Positions 29,976 through 46,109 of a stretch of 64,000 nt of DNA are shown here, one piece after another. The notes under the pieces are model-generated. The model was not told the origin of the DNA, did not search any database, and was given only the letters and a program-made list of their open reading frames with translations. The position numbers and the translations under genes were made by a program. The stretch lies in NCBI RefSeq assembly GCF_009914755.1, contig NC_060940.1. The stretch is one strand, 5' to 3'. This DNA is from the human T2T-CHM13v2.0 reference genome, Homo sapiens. Position 1 is the first letter of the stretch; every line of letters begins with the position of its first letter.

Positions 29976-30493
29976 TACGTTTCAAAATACTAGGTGACTC
30001 CAAATATAAAACAATTTTTTATTTTCAAATGAAGTGGACCTCCCCTAAATTTTGTGCCCAGTTTATAAACTTTAGGGGCTGTAGATGAACTGTTCAAAAG
30101 TTTTATTGTAGGATTTCACTTGCTAATGCATTTTCACAAGTAATGTATTTATTTTAAAAGACTGGAGTTTTTATATATCCTTACATTTATGAAATAATTT
30201 CATTTAAACCCTTCATGCCCATCTTCAGCATCATTGCTAAAGCCTCTTGGTTTCTGTACCTGTAATCTTCATTCATTCCTCAGCTGTTTGAAACACAGCA
30301 CTTTTGGGATCCTTGTATAATACTGGCCCCACAATCAAGAGTGACTTGAACTGGGACATGTTTGTATTTCTTCAAGATGACTTTTCATTCTCTCATCTCA
30401 TTCATTTTGAGGTCATTTTGTTGTTGAAATGTTAGAGTTCAACCTTAAATACTTAAGAGCATGGCACTGTCTAGAGAAAGGGAGATGAGCTTC

Positions 30494-31014
30494 TGTGGTA
30501 GCCAGAGGTCAAGATGGCCTCTAGTGACCCTCACTTCCTGGGTTTTACATTGCAGTATATTTCTCTTCTACTCTGAACAGGATTGTCCTGTGTAACTTAC
30601 AGGGGGAAGTGATAGCGCATGACCTCTGAAGCTAGGTGACAAAATACATTTGGACTTCTGCTTTGCTTCTCTTGGATCACTCCTTGTGGCAGAAGCTAGA
30701 CACCATGTTGCGAGGATACTCAAACAGCACCATGGGGAGATCCGCATAGCAAGGAATCAGGCTTCCAACAGTCAGACCAGATTGCCAGCCAACATGAGCG
30801 AGCCTTGTTGGAAGCAGTTCCTCCAACCCCCTTTAAACTTTTGGATGACCACAGATGAAATGACCATCTTGACTTAGGAGACACCCAAGTCAAATCAGCT
30901 AGCTAAGCTGCTCCTGAATTCTTGACCCAGAAAATCTATGTGAGGGAGTAAATATTTATTAATTTTTAAGATGCTTCATTTTGGAGTAATTTGCTACACA
31001 CCAATATTAATACA
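30494..31014 (+). mobile_element. MLT1F-type MaLR solo LTR (near full length)
   Basis: TGTGGTAG..aagatggcc start, gctaagctgctcctgaattcttgaccc, ends ttttggagtaatttgctacac...TAATACA. Confidence 0.8.
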
Positions 31015-31522
31015 GAGCCCATATGCGCTGCCTACAGGATAAATAATGTAATAGCTTAATAACAATTAAAATGGAAGAAAATGTAGGAGTTCCTCAATGG
31101 TTCCACCTGTTTCTTGAGGTTAAAAATGTACACATTTGTGGGCAGAAACTTTTATACAGTAATAAATTCTTTGTTCCCTCTGCATATAGCACTTTCTCAA
31201 AAAGTAGTTTGGTGACAGGCTTCTTTCTTCTCATCATTAAATGACATACTGGAGATCAGTCAGATGAACTGCAATTTATATCTTGCCCCCACCCAGTGTT
31301 GATTTGCCCGGGGTCATACAGATAATTAGTAATGTCTTATCTCAGTTTTCTTATCTGCAAAATGAGAATACCTGATGGGGTTAGTGTGGGAGTTTAATGT
31401 CTGTAAGGTGTTTAATTTGTTGCATAACAATATGTTGTACTATACGTTATAACAATATGTTAATATGTTGCCATGTATAGCCATGGCAAATGCATAGTAA
31501 ATAGCAGGTATAATTATTATTA

Positions 31523-31734
31523 TTTTTTTCTTTTTTGTTTTTTCTGAGACAGTCTTGATCTGTCATCCAGGCTGGAGTGCAGTGGCGTGATCTCGGCTCA
31601 CTGCAACCTCTGTCTCCTGGGTTCAAGCAATTCTTCTGCCTCAGCCTGCTGGGATTACAGGCGCATGCCACGAAGCCCGACTGATTTTTGTATTTTTAGT
31701 AGAGACAGGGTTTTGCCACGTTAACCAGGCTGGT
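31523..31734 (-). mobile_element. AluS, 5'-truncated, at the end of a MIR (about 31250-31520)
   Basis: Antisense right arm plus part of left arm. Confidence 0.9.
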
Positions 31735-32883
31735 ATTGTTTTCATTATTGTGGTTATCATTATTTATTTAGTTATTGATCATCAAAATCCAGAAATCCAG
31801 TTTCAGCAAACATTCCATAACCCGGTGTGCTAAAACCCCCTCACTGCTCTCCATTACTCATGAATCTTCTTGACCATGAGGCAGAATCTTTGTATTTTCT
31901 TCTCATCAAGGATTTTATCTGAAAAACCTGTAGTACTTCGCCTTTCCCTGGGTGGAGAAGAGGGGCGGATAAATACTTCTAAAGTAATGTAGTATGCACT
32001 CTCCTGCGTGGTGGGGGTGTAGTGGGCTTCCTGTTATGAAACCCAGCTTGTAAGCATGTATCTACATCCCAGGGAGGTTTTCACTGAACCAAGAGATGCC
32101 ATAAGCAGTCCTTGTTGTAATAATTTAATAGCGAAGCCCTCAGCAATAGATCTTCAGGTAAAATGGATGCTGACTGTCTATCTGTCATATGAAGATTCAG
32201 ACATTGATGTAATTTAAAATACTTGTAGTATCATGGATACAAACATATGCCTTTTTATTTCTGAAGGAATTTCCAGAATGTTCGATTAAAAAATGAACAG
32301 AGGAAATGAAAAATAAAATTGTCTGTTGTACCACCACCTGAAGATAACCACTACTATCATTTTGCTATATTTCTTTCTATATTTTTCTCAGCATTTACAC
32401 GATTGTTTTTACATAGTAGTGACTTTGCCGAACAGTTATTTCATTTCGCATCTTGATATTTTTTCTCAATTAAAATAATAATTGTGAACATTGTTCTTTC
32501 TACTCTAACTACTCAGGTTGCTTATAATGAGCTTGTATTATAATAAAACTTCATTTTATTTTAGATAAAATGAAAAGATGTTACTATGCAGGTAACTTTA
32601 TTTATTATTTGCATGCAGTTTATCAAATAGAATTCCTTGGTTCAGCAAAATGAAACCTTTAAGTCTTTTAGCACCAAATGTTTGAAATTATCATGAAACA
32701 CATTCTAATTTGGCAGTGAGTTCAGGAGATGAAGACTGTCCTTTAGTTAACATCAATAGCTTTCTAAAATATGTAGCCAGTTAATATTTTACTTCTGCCT
32801 ATGCATCCCTCAAATTGTAACACCCCTGGAACATAAAAATTCCTCTATTGAGATTAACACCTAACGATACCTGTATTTGCTAA

Positions 32884-33186
<303 letters not shown>

Positions 33187-34094
33187 CTATTTGCTGATTT
33201 TTGAACAGCAGCTTTTTTTTTTTTTTTTAACAAAACTTTAAAATGGGTTATGTGTTTTATTTTCTTAGTGAAGTAATGGGTTCTCAAATTTACACTCCAT
33301 TATTTTATTTAAAAAAATCAGTATGATTCATCATAAATAAGTCAGGACTATGATTGACAGTCTACCTAGAAAGATTAGGAAAGTGGGGACCACCCCCCAA
33401 TTATTACCTTTGTTCTTACAAGTGTGTTTAAATCTCTTTCTGTTAATTTACAATTTGAAAGGTGGGTGAGGAGAAGAGTTTGAAAAATAGATTACTGTCT
33501 TCATTAATACAGGTTTGACCTACAAAGTCTTCACGTACTTAATGATTAAAAACCAAAGTACTAAATAATAAATTATAAGAATTTATAGGAGTCATCTTCT
33601 TGAAATTAGCTTACTGAATGTTCTTATCGTAATAAATCTGAGTGGGTGTCTAATTTAGTGTTAGCTGACTAAAATTGTATGTTGCGGGGAGGAAAAAAAA
33701 ACACTTTTGTTTGAAGACAAATGCAGTGAGTTTAATCACAGGTGATCTGAAAGGCACCACCTATCTTTTGCTATGTTCACTTTGCAGAAACTTTGGCGAA
33801 ACTGGCTGAATGAAGATCGATTCCAATTTGTAAATGTGGCAGACAATAAAATTTCCCCAAGCACTTTGATGATGTTTGTGTTAATACTTCCTGCTCAGAG
33901 CTGTAGCCCATCAGATTCTAGAGCTAACCAAAGAGGGAAGACAACCTGTCTTCTCCCAGTTTCCAGCCTGTATAGACTTAATCATTTTCAAGGTTTAAGG
34001 TTGTTTTTGTTTATTGGTTGGGGTGGAGAGAGACGCACCACCTCTCCTAACTTCTGTGTTTGCTTCCCTCATGCTGTGTGGATCAGAAAAGATA

Positions 34095-34660
34095 GCCTGT
34101 TCATTCATCACTTATTTCCTGACTTCCACCTTGGGTCTGTCAGATTCTGTGTGAAGCCCAGGGGATCCAGGGAAAATTGAGGCCCAGTCCTTACTCTCAT
34201 GTAACTCGAAGTCTTTTACAGAAGACAGACTTGGGAACAAATCAATCAAAATGAGTTTTGTACGGAAAAAGTCGGTGCATGCACAAGGTACCCAAGAAGG
34301 AGGTGACTAACTTTATCTAACTTTACTTGCAGGGCAAGGCAAATAATTAGGGAAAGTTTCCTTCAGACAGGGGAAGACAAATATGAGTATCCAGGGAGGA
34401 TGTTTCTGGCAGAGGGATCAGCATAGGAAAGGAGTTCAGGGATGAAAAGAGTCAGTCTGGTCCCTAGAAATAATTTTTTTGGTGCATAAAGGGCCAGAAC
34501 AGAATGACAGAGGAAAATGATAAGGATTTAGGCAGGGACTGCGTTGGAAAGGGCCTTGCAACAGGCCTGGACGTTGTTTGTAGGCAAGTAGGGGCACCGA
34601 AAGCTTTAAAGCAGGGAGTAACAGGCTTGTAGTGACTTTTATCGAAGTAGAAGTTGAATA
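34095..34660 (-). mobile_element. L2 fragment
   Basis: ttcattcat...ggagga tgtttctggcagagggatcagcat...gctttaaagcagggagtaaca. Confidence 0.55.
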
Positions 34661-34665
34661 GATCT

Positions 34666-34962
34666 AGCCTGGCACAGTGGCTCACGCCTGTAATCGCAGC
34701 ACTTTGGTTGGCTGAGGCGGGTGGATAGCTTGAGGTCAAGAGTTCGAGACCAGCCTGGCCAACATCACAAAACCTCATTTCTGCTAAAAATACAAAAATC
34801 AGCTGGTTGTGGTGGTACACCCCTGTAATAGCAGCTACTCAGGAGTCTGAGGCAGGAGAATCCCTTGAACCCAGGAGGCAGAGATTGCAGTGAGCCCAGA
34901 TCATGCCACTGCACTCCAGCGTGGGTGACAGAGCAAGACTCTGTCTCAGAAAGAGGAAAGAA
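34666..34962 (+). mobile_element. AluS SINE
   Basis: Full dimer; TSD GAATAGATCT. Confidence 0.95.
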
Positions 34963-35100
34963 ATGGAATAGATCTCTTTCAGTACAATGGGAAGGGGCAT
35001 ATAATTCAGTACTTTAAAAAAATGTACTATCTTATGAAATAGAAATATACATGTACATAGATTTAACACACATATTCACGAACATACACATTTACATATA

Positions 35101-35435
35101 CAGTCATCATTGCTTAGAGAGGAGGTTGTGTTCTGAGAAATGCTTCGTTAGGCCATTTTGTCATTGTGCCACCATCATAGAGTATACCTATACAATCCTA
35201 GATGGTATAACCTGCCATACTCCTAGGCTAGGTAGAGCATATTGCTCCCTGGCAGCAAACATGTACAGCATGTTTCTGTCCTGAATACTGTAGGCAATTT
35301 TAATACAATGCTAAGTATTTGCATATACAAACATAGAAAAGGTACAGTTAAAATATGGTATTACAATCTTCTGGGATCACCATTGCATATGTGGTTCATT
35401 GTTGATCAAAATGTCATTATGCAGTGTGTGATAGT
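35101..35435. mobile_element. Tigger3a (MER7A) TcMar DNA-transposon fossil
   Basis: TA|CAGTCAT start, gttctgagaaatg..tcgttagg, ctgaatactgtaggcaatt, aaacatagaaaaggtacagt, decayed TIR at the end. Confidence 0.85.
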
Positions 35436-35449
35436 GCTTAAATAATTTA

Positions 35450-35720
35450 TCTCACATATGCAAAGAGTTTTGGCTAAGGGAAAAGAAAAATGTGAACCTC
35501 CTAATAGAAAAATGGGCAAAGATAATGAACAAGAAATTCATTGAAAAGAATTGGCAAACATGAAAAAATTCTCAACTTTATTTTTAATCATAAAAATGGA
35601 AATTGAACAATGAGATACTGTTTTTCACCATGACATTGGCAAAAGTTAAGAAGGCAGATAACTTCCATGTTGGTGAGCATGTAAGTATAAAAAGGTATAA
35701 AAAAGAAGAGTTGTCCTGAA
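35450..35720 (+). mobile_element. Old L1M ORF2/3' fragment
   Basis: aatagaaaaatgggcaaagata.tgaaca.gaaattca...acaatgagatac. Confidence 0.6.
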
Positions 35721-36442
35721 TCTGGTCTGGAATAGAACCTTTTTTTCCATGATGCATGATGTAATTCACAGCCTCATTCCTGATAAATTGCTTAAGCAAT
35801 TTTCTGATAAACTTTAATGCGATTAAGACTTGTTCTGAGAAATCAGTCACCCATCTACCCAAGCTGACTGTCGGTCAAGAGTCTAGTGACCTTAAACCAA
35901 ATGTTATTTTCCTTTTGTATCTAGCCTAACATTGACTATCTTGTCATTTCATTTTCCTATAAAATGCCTCCACCAAGGCTGAATCTTTGAATTGATCACT
36001 AGAGGCCTTTTCCCTAGTAGTAACATTATAATAAAACTTTGACTCATGCTCATAACTCGATTTTCCAAAAAGTTTTCCTTTACAGGAGAAAAGAACATCT
36101 GCTGTTTATAGGAGCATAAATTGTTTTTGGTTATTTTGAAGAACAAGTTGGCATTTTTGACCGAAATTAAACACATGCCTTTTGATCAAGCAATTCCATT
36201 CTGTACCAGAAAATACAGAAATATTTGAATGAATGTGCCAGGACACCCAATTAGAAGAATGAATGCTTTTTTAGCATTATTTTGTGTGCATACATATTTA
36301 TTTAGTTATTTGACCTATTACATTCTAAATTGATATTAATAAAGAGGTATTTGAGTTACAGTTTTTCCAAAGTTTTAAATACTCTATAGCAAAAAAAGGA
36401 AAAATGAAAGAAATTAAAAAGATACCTCTATATACATACATT

Positions 36443-36478
<36 letters not shown>
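36443..36478. repeat. (TG)n microsatellite
   Basis: TG run; related TA/TG compound repeat at 36628-36706. Confidence 0.95.
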
Positions 36479-36481
<3 letters not shown>

Positions 36482-36503
36482 AATTGGCTGTGCATGATAT
36501 AAG

Positions 36504-36627
36504 TTTTTATTTCAATCGTTTTAGGGGTAAAGTGGTTTTTGATTACATGGAGAAGTTCTTTAGTGGCGATTTATCAGATTTCAGTGTACCCATCTGAGCA
36601 GCATATGCTGTACCCAATATGTAGTCA
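36504..36627 (-). mobile_element. L1PB-type LINE 3' fragment
   Basis: ttttatttcaat...ttacatgga.aagttctttagtgg.gattt...gtacccatc..gagcag...tgtacccaatatgtagtc. Confidence 0.75.
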
Positions 36628-36991
36628 TATATATATATGTGTGTGTGTGTGTGTATGTATATATATGTGTGTGTATGTATATATATGTATGTATCTGTAT
36701 ATGTATAATGGCTGTCCATGATATAATTTTGAGTTGGAAAAAGCAAATTGAAGAATAATACATGTATTATCATGTCTTTAAAAAAAAACTATACACATAG
36801 CTGAATGTTTTTGTGTGTATTTTCATAAAATGATTTGGGGTTGAGGTGATAAACATTAATTATAAATAGTGGTAGATAACTTCTATCACCAGCACGGAGT
36901 GTGGCTTAGGAGCTGAGAAGGCTTTGAGGAGGGAATTTTCTTTCTTTTTTCTTTACCTGTCATGTTTGAATTGTGTTCCATCAACATGTCC

Positions 36992-37369
<378 letters not shown>

Positions 37370-39119
37370 AAAAGGACAAACGATTTCAGTTGCACAACTA
37401 TAATCGATGAAGTGGCTCCTTGATGTTCTCGGGGCAATCTGAGACACTGGGGAGAACCCTCCACCTTTGCAGAGAAGCAGGATGAAGGGGCCTAAAATGA
37501 GTTCAACTGATTTCAACTTTGTTTCCCAGCATAAAGCTTGGGCTGAGCTGCCTGAAAGGGAAGTGGAGAAGGCAGGAATGGAATTGATTTTTCCCCCCTG
37601 CTGAATTCCCCTTCTCCCTACTCCCTTCCTGCAATTTCTAATAAATTAGAAGAGCTCTGCCTTCCAGAAAAGAGCAGAGGTACCTTGCAGTACTTTTGGG
37701 AATCTTACCAGGAAGAACTGGGTCTACTATTGCAAAGGAAAAGCTTTTTTTACAGTGTTAAAAATTAATTAAAAATGGAATGTGTTATAGCTCGATTTTT
37801 ATCATTAGCACCCATTCCAGAGGGCATGTTGCTGTTAGTAAAACTTCAGATTTTTCCTGTCATTATGGATTTGGTTTTAGGGAAAATACCTTCATGTTCA
37901 GCATTTTATGTGTCAGTCCCTAAAACTCATGATCTTCTGTGATTCTCTTGGTTTAAGAGCAGGGCGAGTAATGTACTCAAAAATTTCTCCATAGCCTTCT
38001 GGGTTAGAGGATATAACAGCTGGCAAACAGAACACTAATAGCTATTGATGGTTATTTTCAAAGGATGGACATCGATAGTTAAGTTTTAAGGAAGAAAATG
38101 AAGAGGAAATTTAATGTGATTTAACAGTGATTTTTTTTTAAAGACATTATTTGCATCTCCTATTTTCACTTACTTATAAACAGGTGGTTTCCAAGTAGAC
38201 ATATTTTTTGCTTGCTTGAATGAGAAAGCATAATGAACTTTGTGATTTGGTGACATATCCAGATAGCTATAGCAAATAGCTATAATGCCTTAGATAAATA
38301 GCATTTTCACGAGTAAACTTTTTAGTTCTCAAAAGAAAAATTGTAACAATTTTCTAGCCGCATATTAGCATTATGCACAAACACATAAACTTTTGGCTGG
38401 AATTGTGGAATATGAAGTAGCTCCCATCCTTATTCCATCGCCCATATCCTAAAATGTAGATTGTATTAGTTGAGAAATTTTACCAAATATTTACTTATAC
38501 TGTGCTATTATTTATACTATTTGTCAATTCCACTATAGTAGATGCTTAATAAATATTTGTGAATCAGTAAATGGATGGATGAATGAATAGTGGCCTACTT
38601 CTGTGAAGGTAATTGAAGAATTCCCACACTTGGCCCCCTTTGGATATAACGTCTGTTCTGAGCACCTCCCATTCACTATCTTGATGCCTCACATAAGACC
38701 TAGTATATAGTAGGCAGTCAATGAAGATCACAATGAATTGGCTAGACTTTGATTTATTCATTTATGCAAATTGCCTGACATTCAAAGAAAAGGAAAAAAT
38801 GGACCTCTTATCATGTGCCAGACATTGTTCTAAGAGGGAAAGATACTGTGAAAAAGAAAAGTCCCTATCCTGGTGGATCTTAGATTATCGTGGAGAAGGT
38901 AAGGCAACAAACACAAAATAAATACTTCATATAAGTTCAGGTAATGATAATGCGTGAAAAAGAAGTGTTCTTCCTGTTAGCAGTGCCAACATCCGCTTTA
39001 GTGCTCTGCTGCACTGCAAAATGTGTGGATGTTCTTGAGTATGTCTGGGAACTAGCTAAAATTAGGGAGTTAAAATGATGCAGCTTAGCTCAGGCTATAG
39101 GGAGGATTTCTCTCCCAGG

Positions 39120-39405
39120 TGTTTGTTTTGTTTTGTTTTTGAGATAGGGTCTCACTCTGTCACCCAGGCTAGAGTGCAGTGGCCTCAACCTCCCAGGCCC
39201 AGGTGATCCTCCCACTTCAGCCCCCTGAGTAGCTGGGACTACAGGCGCATGCCGTAACTCGCAACTAATTTTTTGTATTTTTTTTTGTAGAGATGGGGTT
39301 TTGCCATGTTTCCTAGGCTTGTCTCGAACTCCTGGGCTCAAGCAATGTGCTTGCCTTGGCCTCCCAAAGTGTTGGGATTATAGGTGTGAGCCACTGTGCA
39401 CAGCC
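39120..39405 (-). mobile_element. AluJ with internal deletion
   Basis: Antisense dimer missing about 20 nt after gagtgcagtgg. Confidence 0.92.
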
Positions 39406-39484
39406 TCAGAGGTCCTGTCTGCCTGCCTGCCTTTCCTCCCTCTCTCTCTTTCTTCCTCTCTTTGCTTCTTTCCTTTTTTCCTTC

Positions 39485-39573
39485 TCTGTTGAAGGCCTGA
39501 ATAAAATAAAAGACTGAGTAAGAAAGAATTGACTCCCTCTGCCTGACTTCAAGCTGGGACGTAAGTCTTCTCC
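39485..39573 (+). repeat. MLT2 fragment, inverted copy of 40942-41029
   Basis: By-eye alignment: 8 mismatches plus 1 gap in 89 bp. Confidence 0.85.
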
Positions 39574-39649
39574 CAGTCCATGCATCCATCCATCCACCTA
39601 TCCACCTATTAACTTATTCACACTGGCTTTAAAATTATTTTTGGCTCCA

Positions 39650-40020
39650 GCTTATTATTTTAAAATGTAAAATGATTTACAGAAGTTGACAGAGAGTATA
39701 ATTAAATCCCATGAGTCTACCATCCAGATTCAGTAATTATTACATGTGGCCATTGTTGTTTTATCTCTCTCCACCCACTTCCCCCATGCCTGAAAATTTA
39801 CCAAAGTAAATGCAAGACATTATATATTGTTATTCATAGACATTTTGAGTAACTAAAAGTAAGGTCTCTTTAAAAAATGATAATTACAGTATCATCATCA
39901 CACCCAAAAACATCACAAATTATTTAATATCATGAAGTGAAGGCCCATTTTTCCAATCATTCTCTAAATATTATAAATGTCATCTTTCATTAGTTTGTTT
40001 GAATTCCAGGTAAAAACCTT
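39650..40020 (-). mobile_element. Old L1MC/ME 3' fragment
   Basis: ttttaaaatgt...ttacagaagttg..agagagtataat.aaatcccatg...catccagattca. Confidence 0.5.
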
Positions 40021-40244
40021 TAACTCATTTCCTTCTTTTGATTTTTCAAAAGTTGGTTGAATAGTTTCTGTCTTAAAAAGTCCAGAAATTGTTGAAATAG
40101 GTAAAGCACAAAAGAAATTAAATACACCATGTTTCCAGACCTCTAATGTTTTCTATTCAAGGTTGTAATATCCAGTGCAAGGCTAAAATTGCTTTCTGGT
40201 GATAAACATTTGAGAAAGATTTGGTTGTTGGTGATACTGATGGT

Positions 40245-41518
<1,274 letters not shown>

Positions 41519-42089
41519 TAAGTTTTAACTTGGAAACAATGAGCAGACACTCGCAGTACATTCTCTACTTAGTATATTTCTTTTTCAGAGTCATCTCAAA
41601 AATCTCTAGGCCAAGTGTTCTTAACTATGGACCTTGATGAATGGACCCTGAGTATCTTAGAATCTTCTGAAGTAATATGCAGCATTATATTCCATTTGTA
41701 CCTGGGAAGAGGGTACTTGTCTTTCATCAGAGAGTCACCAATGGACCACTGGTCCCTGCTGATTTAGTGTCACAGCTCAAAACCATCAGTAGTCCTCGTG
41801 ATCTTTCGGCATTGTGGCTCCCTTTGTGAGAAGGGCCTAAGAGTGAATCTCCCAACCATAAGCTGTATTCAGGCAGGCACGAAGTCTCTTATTTACTCAG
41901 TGTTTCTGGAGCCCAGCATAGTGCCTCGCACACAGCAAGTGCTCAGTGGGTATCTGTTGAACCGGCAAAACAAAGAAATGAATAAATTAATGGGTGGTCA
42001 CTGTACTAGTTTTCTATTGCTTCATAAACAAACTATCACAGGCATAGTGAGTTGGAATGATGGCTCTCAAAAAACTATGTCCACATCCT

Positions 42090-42460
42090 ATAAATGCTAT
42101 TGTACAATATATGGTCTTTTGTGATTGGCCTCCTCCACTTAGCATCGTGTTTTTGAGGTTCAGCCACAGTTGTAGCATGTCCATCTCTCTTTGTGTGGCT
42201 GAATATCATTGCATTGTATGGATATACCAAATATTTTTCTCCTTTCATCTGTTGATGGGCATTTGTGTTGTTTTTACCCTTTGACTATTGCAAATAAAGC
42301 TGCTCTGAACATTTCTGTGTAAGTTTTTGTTGGAACACCTATTTCCAGTTCTTAGGGATATGTATTTATATCAAGCCAAACTACCTACCTAACCACCTAC
42401 CTGGGAGTGGAATTACGGGGTCATACAGTAAATCTATGGTTAATTCATCAGGAATTATTT
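42090..42460 (-). mobile_element. L1MB/ME LINE fragment
   Basis: ggtcttttgtgattggc...cacttagcat..tgtttttgaggttca...ggctgaata..attgcattgtatggatatacca. Confidence 0.75.
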
Positions 42461-42524
42461 TATAAATTTTTGATGTTGGATATCTGAAGATAATACAGAA
42501 TGGAGCCCTTTTTTACTTTACAGA

Positions 42525-42823
42525 TTTTTTTTTTTTTTTGAGACAGAATCTTGCTCTGTTGCCCAGGCTGGAGTGCAGTGGTGCAGTCATGGTTCACTGC
42601 AGCCTCGATCTCCTGGGGCTCAAGCCATCCTCCCACCTCAGCCTCCTGAGTAGATGGGACCACAGGCACATGCCACCACACCCAGCTAAGTTTTGTATTT
42701 TTTTGTAGAGGCAAGGTTTCTCCATGTTGCCAAGGCTGATCTTACACTCCTGGGATCAGGAGATCCGCCTGCCTTGGCCTCCCAAAATGCTGGGATTATA
42801 GGCATGAGCCACTGCACCCAGCC
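42525..42823 (-). mobile_element. AluJ SINE
   Basis: Full antisense dimer with J features. Confidence 0.93.
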
Positions 42824-43007
42824 CTGGATTTGGCTTTTTGAAACAGGGCTGCACATAACCTCCATGATGTGATTCTGGCTGTGTCTGTTGAGGTCCCATT
42901 GGGCCCAGCTCTGAGATTCCCTGTTAGCACAGGGTCTGACACATCACAGATGAACAATGGATCTTTGGTAATTAAAAACAGAGCTGTGTGGCTATTTTTC
43001 TCCAACT

Positions 43008-43334
<327 letters not shown>

Positions 43335-43851
43335 TAAAGTTAATGCTTTAATATGTTAAACACCCTTATTAACATATTACATATGTTAATATGTAAAATA
43401 AACTCCGTACATTTTAAAGTGCTAAAGGTTGTATGTTTGTGCGATGGATATGTTTAAGAGAATGATTTAGGATGCGATCAGTTTTTTTTCCTTGACTTAC
43501 TCTCTTCCTTTATTTTTTTCCCTTCTTCACTTTCTCTGTTATTCCTTGCCAATCTCATAAATAATGTAAGACAACTTGCAAGACTTATTAAATGACTGAT
43601 TTCCTTAAAAGAAGTACGTCAGGTGAAGGGCAGATAGAGGTCAACACCATAGATAAATCTTTACACTCCAGTGGACTTTGATTCACATCATGGCTCTTTC
43701 TCTTCCTTGCTGAGGCTTTTGACAATTTCAAATGCTCCCTGAACCTCAGTTTCCTTTGCCACAAAGTAGCAATACAAATTTATAATTCCTTAGATTGCTG
43801 TGAGAATGAATTGAGGCAAGGTAGGTAAAGTGCAAGGAATTTTGTGTGGCC

Positions 43852-44143
43852 GGCCAGGTGCAGTGTGGCTCAAGCCTGTAATCCCAGCACTTTGGGAGGC
43901 TGAGGTGGGTGGATCACCTGAGGTCAGGAGTTCGACACCAGCCTGGCCAACATGGTGAAACCCCATCTCTACTAAAAATACAAAAATTAGCCATGCTTGG
44001 TGGCAAGTGCCTGTAATCCCAGCTACTCAGGAGACGGAGGCAGGAGAATCACTTGAACTCGGAAGGCAGAGTTTGCAGTGAGCCAGATTGCACCACCGCA
44101 CTCCAGCCTGGGCGATGAGTGAAACTCCGTCTCAAAGAATAAA
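43852..44143 (+). mobile_element. AluS SINE inserted in a MIR (about 43670-43850)
   Basis: Full dimer; degenerate TSD caag(g)aatt.tgt.tggcc. Confidence 0.95.
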
Positions 44144-45737
44144 CAAGAATTGTGTCTGGCCTTTGTGATAGTTACTCAACAAATCATATCTGTGATTGTT
44201 TTGGTTTTAACAATAATGGTTTTTAAAAACCGTAGGTGATCACATACTACGCAGAAAGGGAAGCAGTTACAGCATTCACAGCATCCGTGAGTCATAGACT
44301 CACTGCATTGCTCCAAGGTGCAGATTCTAGTTGGAAATGTTAAGTTTTTTAGAGCAATGAAAAAATTGATCTCTTTCTCTTCCATAACATAGATTTCCCA
44401 TCTAGCTCCTGGGCTAACTTTTGTTTAGTAGTTGTATTATGAAAACACCGAAGAATCCTTCTGCCAGTCTCCATAGCAGTGATATAAATCAGAGCCCGCA
44501 GTTTCATGAATGCCTCGCTGTGCCACCAGGATTTTCTTGGAGGGAGCCACGGTCAGATTTCAAGTGGTCATTTCACTCTTTCTCCCTCTGGGGGCCTGAG
44601 ACATGATTAACTTGCAATAATTGTGACTCCCTCATTAAAGGAGAGCTGTAGCAAGGGAAGAAATCATTGAGACTGATCAAGACATCCCGTGCTATTTTTT
44701 TTTTTCTTGCATATCAGCTGTGTGGGTACCTCTTGTTCCTCTGTCCTTCAGGTTAGTAAAACGAAGAACAGTTGCTGAAGCTATGAGCTATCGATAAAAG
44801 CTAATGTACCACACGAAATTGGAAGGGGAACAAAATCACTTAAGTGTTCAGGGCCACCAAGGCACTGGTGCATCCCCTGTGAGCCTATTTGGCTCCTGGC
44901 GGTGTTTTTGTTGCCCTGGCTTGCAACGTAGCCTGATTGTTCTAAGTAAATGGCAGAGCACGCAAATCAAGGACATTGGCAATAAACCAGGAATGCACTG
45001 TTTCCAGCCACGGGCTATCCAGGGAATTGGGGACAGTCTGTAATGTATCTTGAGCTAGGACCATATCCAAATTACTGGCCTTTCCAGTTTTTCTTAAAAT
45101 AGTAGGGTCAGTAGGTGACCACACTCAGAAGCCAAGCCTGCAGCATCAGGGCTGAGGAGCAAACTCTTTCTTTGGTCTGAAGCTTCAAATATGAACCCTT
45201 GCCACCAGCTGCATAAATATGATAGCCAAAGGGTTTCAAATTTGTGATTTGTCATAAACGCTCCTATTGCAGGCTGGGTCTAGTCCTTCTTGACTTTGTG
45301 GAAGGAGAAGGCTTGAGGAAGTATTCACAATTGGAGAAGGGCGCCTTCTGTTATGTTCTTAGCTCACTAAAAGTGGTTAATGATGAGAAGGGGTGGGTCA
45401 ATGACAAGAAAAGTGGAGAAGATGAGACAGACAAAACTGCAACTCATCTTCATGGCACACTGGTGAGTGGGGGAGTGCAAGAAGTTTAGGTGCAAAGGAC
45501 AATGGAGTGAACATCTTGGCTTGGTTAACAGAAGAAAAGAATACCAACGCCGTCTATTTTCATATCCCTTTCTATTTTATGTACATATTTATCAATATAC
45601 TTTTTGTTCCAGAAATAAATGGGAACTTAGGCACAATCTTTTACACATCTTACCTCAACTGGTGACTCTTCATAATCTAGAGCTATTATAGTTTCCAATT
45701 GACAGATGGGGAATCTGAGACTCAGAGAAGTTAAATG

Positions 45738-45969
<232 letters not shown>

Positions 45970-46109
45970 TGAGTTTCTTAAAGTCCTACAACTGGTGAGC
46001 TGTGAGCTGTAAATTGTGGAACTAATTTTTATACTGCCAATCTGAGGCCTTTTCTGACCTCATCGCTGCCACTGTAAAATGAATTCTAGCCCCAGACCAT
46101 GACATGCCT

